Assembly: GCA_000387965.1 (NCBI GenBank)
Contig: APJZ01000002.1
Span: 1-32,000, forward strand
DNA from: Candidatus Nanobsidianus stetteri
GTDB taxonomy: Archaea > Nanobdellota > Nanobdellia > Nanobdellales > Nanobdellaceae
Direction of reading: 5' to 3'
Length of the DNA: 32,000 nt
In this document: in pieces, positions 16,097-23,682 of the stretch
Layout of the letters: the number at the start of each line of letters is the position of its first letter
Numbering within the stretch: position 1 is the stretch's first letter
The notes under the pieces: model-generated
What the model was told of the DNA's origin: nothing
The model's input: only the letters and a program-made list of their open reading frames with translations
Databases searched by the model: none
Translations under genes and position numbers: made by a program

Positions 16097-18667
16097 TTAT
16101 ATTATCTTATTTAATTCTTTTAAACTCCTTTTATCTAAATCTTTTAATATTATTTGATATAAATTATCATTTTCATCAATAAAAAGAATTTTATCTTCAA
16201 AAGCAAAAAGATTTTCTGGAGAATCTATTTTTATTTCTAATTCTTTATTATTTATAAAAGCATTTAATATTATTGTTTCTCCTTCAACATCTATTTTTCT
16301 TATTTTTTCTATTTTATATATTATAGAATTATATTTTATTGCATTTTCTAATATTCTCCTAGAATTTTCATCTAAAATTGTATAATCTTCTAGTAAAAAT
16401 ATTTCATTGAAATTATCATCATAAAATCCTACAAATTTTGGATTTGATATTGGGAATAATAATTTAGGCATAAGATTTTCATATTTTTTACCATTATATA
16501 TAATATTTACTCTGCTAGGTCTATTAGTTGATTCTATTATTATATTTTTATCTTTTATTATATTTAGATTAACTAATTCTGATTTTTGATTAATTTTTTC
16601 TATTCTTTCCATATTTTCTATTTGATTTTTAAATAATTCATAGAACTTTCCCTTTTTATTTATTAATTCATCAGGTTTCCCTTCTTCTACAATTTTTCCA
16701 TCTTCTATAACAATAATTCTATCCATATTTAATATTTCTGATAAATTATGTGAAATATATATTAAAGTTTTATCTTTTGAGATATTTAATATAGCAGAAA
16801 ATATTTGTTCTCTACTTTTAGCATCAATATTTGACGTTAATTCGTCAAATATAAATATATCAGGATTTCTTATTATATTTCTCGCAATTGCTATTTTTTG
16901 TCTTTGCCCTCCAGATAATCTTGTTCCTTCTTCTCCTGCTGGAGTATCATATGCAAATGGTAATTTAATTATATCATCATGTATATTTACAATCTTACAA
17001 ACTTTAATTATTTCTATTTCATTTACATTTTGACTTCCATAAGATATATTATATCTAATAGTATTATCAAAGATTTCTGGATTTTGAGATAAATAAGAAA
17101 TCCTTTCCCTAAGATATTTTAAATCTATATCTTTTATATTTGTATTTCCAATTAATATTTCTCCGTCATTTATGTCATAAAATCTTAATAATAATTTTGC
17201 AATTGTTGTTTTTCCAGCTCCGTTTTTTCCAATAATAGCAATCTTTTCTTTTGGCTTTATTGTAAAAGAAATATTTTTTAATACAGGAAAACCAGGTTCA
17301 TATCCAAATGTAACGTTAACAAATTTTATTTCATCAATCATATTTGGTTTTAAAGCGTTTTCCTTATTTAATATTTTTGGTTTTTCTTCTAATAATTCTA
17401 ATATTCTTTCGGCAGAAACTAAGGTGTTTGGCATATCTCTGAAAAACCTTTCATATGTTGTATATAATGGGCCATAAATATATGAAGTATAAGTTATAAA
17501 AGCAACTAATATACCTAATTTAATTAAATTATTAATTACAAAAGTTCCACCAACGTACCATATGAATACAGTAGTTAAATCCATTATAATAGATATTAAG
17601 TCAGCTCTCATTATGAAAAGTTTTCCTACTTTAGTATTTGTTAAATACCAATCGTTTATTGAGTTTTTTGTTTTTTCATATTCTTCTCTTTCTTTTGAGA
17701 ATAACTTAATACTATAAAAATTCCTAAGAATATTGGATAACTTAGTAAAGACATCTACTGACTTTATTGTAGCTTTTTTGCTAGCTGTTCTTGCTTTTCT
17801 CTCATAAATTATAAAAAGAGCAAATGCAACCATTGTTGTAATCATAACAGGTATTGCTAAAAAGGGCAATAATAGAATAAGTATAATAATTGTTCCAATA
17901 ATTGTTAAAGTATCTATAATTATAAATGGCAGATCATATGCAATAAAATTATCTATTCTTCCTATATCAGATTGATATCTTGCTATTAATCTAGAAGGAG
18001 AATATTTTTCTATAAAAGAAATATCATTGAAAACCATATGTCCTAATAGTAGTTCTCTTAGTTCCCTTATAATTTTTATCTGTGTAATGTATATTAAAAA
18101 ATCTCCTATTAAATATAAAAATCTATAGCCAATATAGGACATCAGCATTGAAAAAATTATTGTAAGAAATACTTGCTGTGACGGAGTTTTTGATATAAGA
18201 ACTTTATTTATTAATAAAGCTGTTAAATAAGGAGGAATTAGACTTATTATAGTACCTATAATAAAGATAATAATAACTAAAGCAAGTTCTTTCTTATATT
18301 TTTTAATAATTTGCATTAAAAATTCATATATTTCTTTTTTAAATCTTTTCTTTTCTTCTTCTTTTTCAATTATTTCTGTTTTTACTTTTAAATTAAATTC
18401 ATCTACAATTTTTTGTATATTATCTGCCTTTTTCTTTGTAAAATATGCAATCTCAAAGACTTTTCCATCTTTATCTATTGCAATTAATTTACATATACTT
18501 ATTCCATATTCTATATTTAGCTTTTCTACATTATCAATTTCTAATATTTTATTTTTATTATCATCATATACAGAAATTTTATCATCCAAAATTTCAATAG
18601 TTTCTTCAGTAAAATTGAGATTCCTATCAAGATCCGTTTTAAATACTGCTTTAAAATGATCTGTCAT
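16097..18667 (-). CDS. ABC exporter half-transporter (TMD-NBD) with an extra N-terminal domain (~120 aa) and C-terminal domain (~190 aa, DUF1854-like)
   Basis: Six-TM type I exporter core. NBD motifs: GKNGAGKTTIAKLL (Walker A), LSGGQRQKIAIARN (signature), IFIFDELTSNID (Walker B). The N-terminal soluble domain is MTDHFKAVFKTD...AYFTKKKADNIQKIV. The C-terminal tail is ...LLFPISNPKFVGFYDDNFNEIFLLEDYTILDENSRRILE...FIDENDNLYQIILKDLDKRS. Confidence 0.85.
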   Translation of the reverse strand: MTDHFKAVFKTDLDRNLNFTEETIEILDDKISVYDDNKNKILEIDNVEKLNIEYGISICKLIAIDKDGKVFEIAYFTKKKADNIQKIVDEFNLKVKTEIIEKEEEKKRFKKEIYEFLMQIIKKYKKELALVIIIFIIGTIISLIPPYLTALLINKVLISKTPSQQVFLTIIFSMLMSYIGYRFLYLIGDFLIYITQIKIIRELRELLLGHMVFNDISFIEKYSPSRLIARYQSDIGRIDNFIAYDLPFIIIDTLTIIGTIIILILLLPFLAIPVMITTMVAFALFIIYERKARTASKKATIKSVDVFTKLSNILRNFYSIKLFSKEREEYEKTKNSINDWYLTNTKVGKLFIMRADLISIIMDLTTVFIWYVGGTFVINNLIKLGILVAFITYTSYIYGPLYTTYERFFRDMPNTLVSAERILELLEEKPKILNKENALKPNMIDEIKFVNVTFGYEPGFPVLKNISFTIKPKEKIAIIGKNGAGKTTIAKLLLRFYDINDGEILIGNTNIKDIDLKYLRERISYLSQNPEIFDNTIRYNISYGSQNVNEIEIIKVCKIVNIHDDIIKLPFAYDTPAGEEGTRLSGGQRQKIAIARNIIRNPDIFIFDELTSNIDAKSREQIFSAILNISKDKTLIYISHNLSEILNMDRIIVIEDGKIVEEGKPDELINKKGKFYELFKNQIENMERIEKINQKSELVNLNIIKDKNIIIESTNRPSRVNIIYNGKKYENLMPKLLFPISNPKFVGFYDDNFNEIFLLEDYTILDENSRRILENAIKYNSIIYKIEKIRKIDVEGETIILNAFINNKELEIKIDSPENLFAFEDKILFIDENDNLYQIILKDLDKRSLKELNKII

Positions 18668-18805
18668 AAATTATAAATAATTGTAAATTTACTAAAATTT
18701 TTAATAAAACAATTACATAGATCAATCTTATTAAGCTTAAGAAGCTTAGGATATACCTATAACATATGCTTAAAGGATGGAAAACGATTTCAACGCAGAT
18801 AAGAG

Positions 18806-19006
18806 ATGATGAATATAAAAAATCAAAAATCATCGGTTATCAATATTTTTGAAGTATTAAAGAAAGCATTAAGGGAAAAAATTAAAAGAAAAGAGGAAGA
18901 GAAAATGTTGGAAGCAATAAAAAGGTTAGGAGAATTATTGGAAAAAACAGGTGCTACTCCTGAAGAAACTATAAAAATAATAAGAGAAATTAGAGAAGAA
19001 AAGTAA
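18806..19006 (+). CDS. Putative antitoxin (VapB-like) upstream of the PIN toxin
   Basis: A small ORF ending 1 nt before the vapC ATG, which is the typical TA arrangement. The charged helical C-terminus is LEAIKRLGELLEKTGATPEETIKIIREIREEK. The true start could be the internal Met (codon 34). Confidence 0.45.
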   Translation: MMNIKNQKSSVINIFEVLKKALREKIKRKEEEKMLEAIKRLGELLEKTGATPEETIKIIREIREEK

Positions 19007-19007
19007 A

Positions 19008-19409
19008 ATGAAATATGCAATTGATGCTTCAGCTTTAATAAATATTATGTTGAATTTCTATAAAAAAGATCTAAATTTTATAAATAGATTGATTGAAGAG
19101 AGCATCTTTCCAGATTTAATATTTTACGAGATTGGAAGTTATTTAAGAAAGTATAAGGAAATAAAGAAAGTTTCTAATAATAAAATAAAAGAAATGATGG
19201 AATTATTTAATTATATAATAGGAAAAGCCAAAATAGAGGAAGTAAGATTAAATTATGAAATTCTTGATTTATCAATAAAAGATAAATTATCATATTATGA
19301 TGCAGTATATTTATATTTAGCTAGGAAATATAATTTAATTTTAATTAGTGATGATAAAGATTTAATTAAAGAAGGAGCTATAAGTTCTGATAATCTTTTA
19401 AGAAATTAA
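19008..19409 (+). CDS. vapC: PIN-domain ribonuclease toxin (VapC-like)
   Basis: MKYAIDASALINIM (N-terminal acidic D), YEIGSYLRK, and SYYDAVYLYLARKYNLILISDDKDL (the third and fourth PIN acidic positions). 133 aa. Confidence 0.8.
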   Translation: MKYAIDASALINIMLNFYKKDLNFINRLIEESIFPDLIFYEIGSYLRKYKEIKKVSNNKIKEMMELFNYIIGKAKIEEVRLNYEILDLSIKDKLSYYDAVYLYLARKYNLILISDDKDLIKEGAISSDNLLRN

Positions 19410-19497
19410 AAACTTATTTATCCAAAATACTAAAAAATTGCTTCTGATTTTTTTAAATCTTTATAATATTTTAAGTAATCTAAAAAATTTATTACTC

Positions 19498-20337
19498 TCA
19501 GCGAAATTCTTGATATCCATAAAAGAACCTAGCAGATTCTCGAATGTATTCTCTAATGTAAGGATCTGTATTAGGATTATTGGGATCCGGATCTATTGCT
19601 ACAAAATCTCTACCTAGATAGTCGCTAATAATATGATATTGCCTTCCGCTTGGAAGTATTAGAGATTTTCTTTTTGATTGTATAATCCTATTTAACTCGT
19701 CAAATAGATAGCCAGTTGTTTTTTGGGGAAATCTTCTACTATGAATGAAGAATATTGTGAAAAAACTATCGTTATTAAGTTGTACATAATATATTAAAGG
19801 TAGATCAGCATTGTTATGTCTAGCTGGATCATAATAAAAGGCCGGATAACCTCTGACCATAACTCCTCCTATTGCTCTTTCTAATATTTCAATTAAAGTT
19901 TCTTTTGGTCTTCCTTTTATACCAAAAACAATCATTATATGATCTCTGCTAGGTTTTGCTACATTTTGATATTGAGGCAAAGAAAGAAGGTGGCCGTCTT
20001 TTATGTCTTCTATTATATCTTCTAGACGTTCTAATGTAGTAATGTACCTAAATACAGTATACTTATCTATATAGTTCTGCTGGGGTTGTGGTTGCTGAGA
20101 AAGAAGTTGTTCATAAATTGAAAATGTTTCAATATGTCTTAGTATTTTGTAAATATCATCTTCATTTTTCCAATCGATATGACCAAGGAACTTTTCTATT
20201 ATATCTATATGATCTGCTAGATATTCTGTTATCTCTATTCTATCGTTAATTGAAAGATGTTTCCATCTATCATCTATTGGTTTACGAAAAGGGTTCATAT
20301 TCTTTTGTAATATATCTTTTAATTTTGTTACGACCAT
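19498..20337 (-). CDS. Hypothetical protein (279 aa), compositionally atypical, no recognised family
   Basis: A clean 279-codon ORF with an ATG start. It is rich in R/H/Q/P/D, contains no Cys and has a QQPQPQQ linker. Three 60-nt lines counted by hand give 33-40% G+C, against 18% for a line of the neighbouring vapC. Confidence 0.6.
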   Translation of the reverse strand: MVVTKLKDILQKNMNPFRKPIDDRWKHLSINDRIEITEYLADHIDIIEKFLGHIDWKNEDDIYKILRHIETFSIYEQLLSQQPQPQQNYIDKYTVFRYITTLERLEDIIEDIKDGHLLSLPQYQNVAKPSRDHIMIVFGIKGRPKETLIEILERAIGGVMVRGYPAFYYDPARHNNADLPLIYYVQLNNDSFFTIFFIHSRRFPQKTTGYLFDELNRIIQSKRKSLILPSGRQYHIISDYLGRDFVAIDPDPNNPNTDPYIREYIRESARFFYGYQEFR

Positions 20338-20443
20338 ATGATAATAATATTAGTAAATATTTATAAACTTTACTTTATTATCTTCAAGATAGATAACTTA
20401 TAATGTATGATTGTTTTAACTAAAGAATAGTTTAAATTAAATC

Positions 20444-20527
20444 CGCCGCGGGTGGGATTTGAACCCACGCCCCCTTTCGGGGATATGGTCTCCAGCCATA
20501 CCCCTTGGTCCGCTCGGGCACCGCGGC
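20444..20527 (-). tRNA. tRNA-Ser (anticodon GGA), class II with a long variable arm
   Basis: The reverse complement folds as GCCGCGG-UG-CCCGAGCGGACCAAGGGG-UAUGG-CUGGAGA-CCAUA-UCCCCGAAAGGGGGC-GUGGG-UUCAAAU-CCCAC-CCGCGGC-G. All stems are Watson-Crick. The anticodon loop is C-U-GGA-G-A. CCA is not encoded. Confidence 0.93.
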
Positions 20528-20532
20528 ATAAA

Positions 20533-20591
20533 TGTCCCCCGCCCATCGCTACCAATACTCATCTTTTCATATTGGTTCGTCTAAGCGGGGA
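20533..20591 (-). ncRNA. Candidate single-hairpin H/ACA box guide sRNA
   Basis: Minus-strand RNA: U-CCCCGC / UUAGACGA / ACCAAUA / UGAAAAGAUGAG / UAUUGGU / AGCGAUGG / GCGGGG-G / ACA. This gives a 6-7 bp GC lower stem, an 8+8 nt internal loop (the pocket), a 7-bp upper stem, an apical loop bounded by GA...GA (K-loop-like), and ACA directly after the lower stem, 15 nt from the top of the pocket. It is a GC island in an AT-rich genome. Confidence 0.5.
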
Positions 20592-20627
20592 TACATATTT
20601 AATATAATTTAATATAAAAATATTTTT

Positions 20628-21560
20628 ATGTTAACTAGAAATTTATTAGAAAAGATAAGTCAAAAAATAAATCAAATAAAAAAAGATGAAGAAAATAATA
20701 AAGAAGAAAAAATCAATATTGAAAAACTAAATTTGGACAATTTTGAAGTAAAAGAAAAGAAAAAATATGGGTTTATAGATTCTTCTCATGTAAATGGAAT
20801 TGTTGGACCTTATAGTTATATATATTCTAGGGCAGTAATTGTTTCTGATGATATATATGAAAGTATAGAAGATATAGAATTTTTTGAAACATCTTTTATA
20901 AGATCAATCAATAATGAAAATTTTGATATTCAAGATATTTCAGAATTATTATCAAAAAATTTAGAATATAAATTGGCAAGAAAATATTCTGATAGATATA
21001 TATTTATAGATGGATCAATAATATCAGATTCTATATTATATGCAAAATTTTTAGATAATTTTTATAATGAAAACATTGAAAATAGGAGGAAAGAATTTTT
21101 AGAAAATTTCGAATATTTAATAAATAATGGAAATTTACTAGCAGTTGCAAAAAGAATATTAAATTTAGATATAATAAAGCCAGGCAGATCTGATCTATTA
21201 ACATTGATGAAAGTTTTTCCATCAGAAATATTTTATACAGATATTAATGAAAAAAAATTAAGAGAATTTTTGGGTTTTGAAATTCCGAACTGTTCATTTT
21301 GTAACAAAAAAATATATATAATATATTTCAGGGCAAGATATAACGATCATATATATAGATTAGAAGGAATGGAAAAGGTTGAAAAAGAAAAATTTAAAGA
21401 AATAATAAAAGAAGTTATTTATGATCAAAAATCATATCCAAGAGGATTAAAAATGGCCCATAATTTGTGTAAAATAACAAATAGGGAAAAAACATTGTTA
21501 GAAAGTTATATTAAGAAAATTTTGGGATTTGAAAAAACTGTTGGTTGGGAAACTCATTAG
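20628..21560 (+). CDS. nurA: NurA-like 5'-3' nuclease
   Basis: YGFIDSSHV (motif I Asp), RYIFIDGSIISDS, YRLEG, and the C-terminal SYPRGLKMAHNLCKIT (the NurA YP..L..AH/D motif). 310 aa. No HerA, Mre11 or Rad50 gene is adjacent. Confidence 0.65.
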   Translation: MLTRNLLEKISQKINQIKKDEENNKEEKINIEKLNLDNFEVKEKKKYGFIDSSHVNGIVGPYSYIYSRAVIVSDDIYESIEDIEFFETSFIRSINNENFDIQDISELLSKNLEYKLARKYSDRYIFIDGSIISDSILYAKFLDNFYNENIENRRKEFLENFEYLINNGNLLAVAKRILNLDIIKPGRSDLLTLMKVFPSEIFYTDINEKKLREFLGFEIPNCSFCNKKIYIIYFRARYNDHIYRLEGMEKVEKEKFKEIIKEVIYDQKSYPRGLKMAHNLCKITNREKTLLESYIKKILGFEKTVGWETH

Positions 21561-21633
21561 GGTCCGGGGCGGGATTTGAACCCGCGATCTTCAGGTCCAC
21601 AGCCTGACGCCTTACCACTAGGCTACCCGGACC
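21561..21633 (-). tRNA. tRNA-His (anticodon GUG) with a genomically encoded G-1
   Basis: Reverse complement: G(-1)-GUCCGGG-UA-GCCU-AGUGGUA-AGGC-G-UCAGG-CUGUGGA-CCUGA-AGAUC-GCGGG-UUCAAAU-CCCGC-CCCGGAC-C. G-1 lies opposite discriminator C73. The 3' end abuts the nurA stop codon (21558-21560). Confidence 0.93.
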
Positions 21634-21659
21634 ATAAAAATTATTTGTTATTTATATTT

Positions 21660-23225
21660 TTAACCAATATAAATTGAAGGCATTACATCGTTGGGTGGTA
21701 AAGATCTTAATAAAACCCAATATAGGTATATATTATTACCTGAGTTTTGTTGTGCTATTGTTATTGGTAAACTAAATGAACCAGGTATTTTTGTATTACT
21801 TAATATTTGAGTATAATTTACTAAGAAATATGTATAACTACTAGAAAATCCAATTTCATATATTGTTGGAACATAATTATATGTTGTACTTCCTACATTA
21901 TTATTTCCCACATATAAATTAAACTTACCAGCAGTTCCTATATTATTATATGAAAATGCGGCTCCATAATTATTACCACCAGCTATAAGTCCACCACCGC
22001 CACCAATAAAATATGTATTTGTTGTATTTGCTGCGCCTGCTCCTAAATCTATATAGTCCCAACTCGTACCACCACTAGTTGGAACAGAAGCATAAATTTC
22101 TAATATATTATTTTGTATATTAAAGTTTAATGTAGTAGTAATACCAGCATTACCTGATGATGAATATGGAATAATTGTATAATTTGTAGAAAAAGAAACA
22201 CTACCTTGATTATTATATACATAAGTCCATGGTGAAGGTAAGGAACTTAGATTTCCGAAGTTTTGATAATAATTAAATATATATTTTCCATTATCATATT
22301 GAGAAGTACCTAAAACTTGTATAGGTGAACCAACATATGGATAATATTGAGAATAATAATTAGCATTATTTGGCCCTATATACATATATATTGTTATATT
22401 ACTATTCGAACTAATTCCTTTTGATAAATTAACCCACCAAACATCACAATATGTACTTCCATTAATTAATTGACCTTCATACCAGGAATATATGTTTGGA
22501 TTACTGTTATAAGTTGTGGTAAAGTATATATTTTGACCATTTGGATTTATACAACTAAATAATGTTGCATTATTTATGTATGCAAAACTATTACCAATAT
22601 TTATACTTCCATTACATATTGCTATATCTTGTTGAAATGGAGAAGGGGTTGGGATAGACTGAGTATTATATAATATTAAAGGTAAATATGATGCTTGGCA
22701 GGTTGGAGTACTTGATGTAGAGTTCGATGATGTATTTGAACTAGAATTCAATATATTAAAAGCAATTGGAGGTTGAAAATAATTAATTAATGTATTAGAA
22801 ATATATTTTATATCAAATATTCCAATTATATCATTTTCTAATCCAACTTCTAATTCATAATTTCCATTTTGATCTGGAGGAATTTGAGATAAATTTGCAA
22901 CAATAATTAATAGACCATTATTATATGGATTTACAATCGATCCATTTGGATTATAAGGATAAACATTAACTAATCTATTATTTACAATTGCAAATACTTG
23001 AGAATAATTAACAGGTTCTGAAGGTTTTATATATGCATATAATGTATTGTTTGCTATATAATAATCTAATAATTGGAAATTTAATTCTAAAGATCGTGAA
23101 ATTTCCTGTCCAGATGGATTTATTATATTTAAATTTGGATAAATTATATTGTATATTATTATAGTAGCAAGAGCACCTACTATTAATAATATTAATGCTA
23201 TAATTGTTTCAGATTGTAATCTCAT
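21660..23225 (-). CDS. Surface protein: N-terminal pilin/FlaF-FlaG-like hydrophobic helix plus a C-terminal DUF2341/LamG (concanavalin-like) lectin-type region
   Basis: N-terminus MRLQSETIIALILLIVGALATIIIYNIIYP. The protein is N/S/T/Y-rich, with an SSSNTSSNSTSSTP linker and many N-x-S/T sequons. PNGQNIYFTT...IYSWYEGQLINGSTYCDVWWVNLSKGISSNSNITIYMYIGPNNA follows the DUF2341 pattern (..vWVkvp......tiymYyGn). The C-terminal IYLYWVLLRSLPPNDVMPSIYIG resembles the usual end of such domains. Confidence 0.7.
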   Translation of the reverse strand: MRLQSETIIALILLIVGALATIIIYNIIYPNLNIINPSGQEISRSLELNFQLLDYYIANNTLYAYIKPSEPVNYSQVFAIVNNRLVNVYPYNPNGSIVNPYNNGLLIIVANLSQIPPDQNGNYELEVGLENDIIGIFDIKYISNTLINYFQPPIAFNILNSSSNTSSNSTSSTPTCQASYLPLILYNTQSIPTPSPFQQDIAICNGSINIGNSFAYINNATLFSCINPNGQNIYFTTTYNSNPNIYSWYEGQLINGSTYCDVWWVNLSKGISSNSNITIYMYIGPNNANYYSQYYPYVGSPIQVLGTSQYDNGKYIFNYYQNFGNLSSLPSPWTYVYNNQGSVSFSTNYTIIPYSSSGNAGITTTLNFNIQNNILEIYASVPTSGGTSWDYIDLGAGAANTTNTYFIGGGGGLIAGGNNYGAAFSYNNIGTAGKFNLYVGNNNVGSTTYNYVPTIYEIGFSSSYTYFLVNYTQILSNTKIPGSFSLPITIAQQNSGNNIYLYWVLLRSLPPNDVMPSIYIG

Positions 23226-23235
23226 ATTATATTAA

Positions 23236-23682
23236 TTAATTAGCATATATTAAAGTTTGAAACTTGACCCCATAACAAGATACCAATATTATATAATTCC
23301 ATGAATTATTTACTAAATGATTATTATTAAAATATACTGTTGCATTTTCTCCTGGCAATAATAGATTCAATGGATATAAATAATTTATAGAATAATTAAA
23401 TGGAGAAAAATAACCATTAACATATAATTGAAAACATGATAAATCCAACGCCTTATTTCCATTATTATAAATAATTAAATAAGGATTTGCATAGTTTGTT
23501 TGATTATTTAAAAATTTTATATTTTCTCCAACAATATTTTTTATTTGATTATCTATTGAATTTGCTGTATAATAAAAATTTTTATAATAATTATTTAAAA
23601 TTAAATATAAAACTGATGCAGAAACAATAAAAATAACAAATCCAATAATTGCTCCAATAATTGATCCTAAATCAGATCTCAT
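23236..23682 (-). CDS. FlaF/FlaG (ArlF/ArlG)-like small beta-sandwich protein with an N-terminal TM helix
   Basis: The track start at 23694 is a TTG. An ATG at 23682 gives MRSDLGSIIGAIIGFVIFIVSASVLYLIL and forms an ATGA overlap with the upstream stop. LIIYNNGNKALDLSCFQLYVNG resembles the FlaF/G core (v.N.G...l....f.v.vnG). Confidence 0.5.
   Translation of the reverse strand: MRSDLGSIIGAIIGFVIFIVSASVLYLILNNYYKNFYYTANSIDNQIKNIVGENIKFLNNQTNYANPYLIIYNNGNKALDLSCFQLYVNGYFSPFNYSINYLYPLNLLLPGENATVYFNNNHLVNNSWNYIILVSCYGVKFQTLIYAN

Noticed and set aside
18776-18800. Possible att-site remnant: ggatggaaaacgatttcaacgc resembles the tRNA-Ser T-arm region gggtgggatttgaacccacgc
   Set aside because: The match needs a 5-nt indel and several mismatches, is short, and no integrase is present. 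It cannot be distinguished from chance by eye.
18803-18812. C-box-like GAUGAUGA at the start of the antitoxin ORF (possible C/D box sRNA)
   Set aside because: No CUGA D box lies within 50-70 nt (the nearest is ~150 nt away), there are no terminal stems, and the region is not GC-enriched.
20370-20555. 61-aa minus-strand ORF from the track (MVAMGGGHLCRGARADQG...)
   Set aside because: It is simply the translation of tRNA-Ser and part of the GC-rich hairpin. Its Gly/Arg-rich sequence reflects structural-RNA GC content, not coding.
20533-20591. The GC-rich hairpin read as a split-tRNA half or a tRNA-Ser leader with a bulge-helix-bulge
   Set aside because: I could not fit a D-arm, an anticodon arm or a T-arm (no GTTC-type loop in either orientation). 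The adjoining tRNA-Ser is already complete with perfect acceptor pairing. The hairpin-pocket-hairpin-ACA geometry fits H/ACA better.
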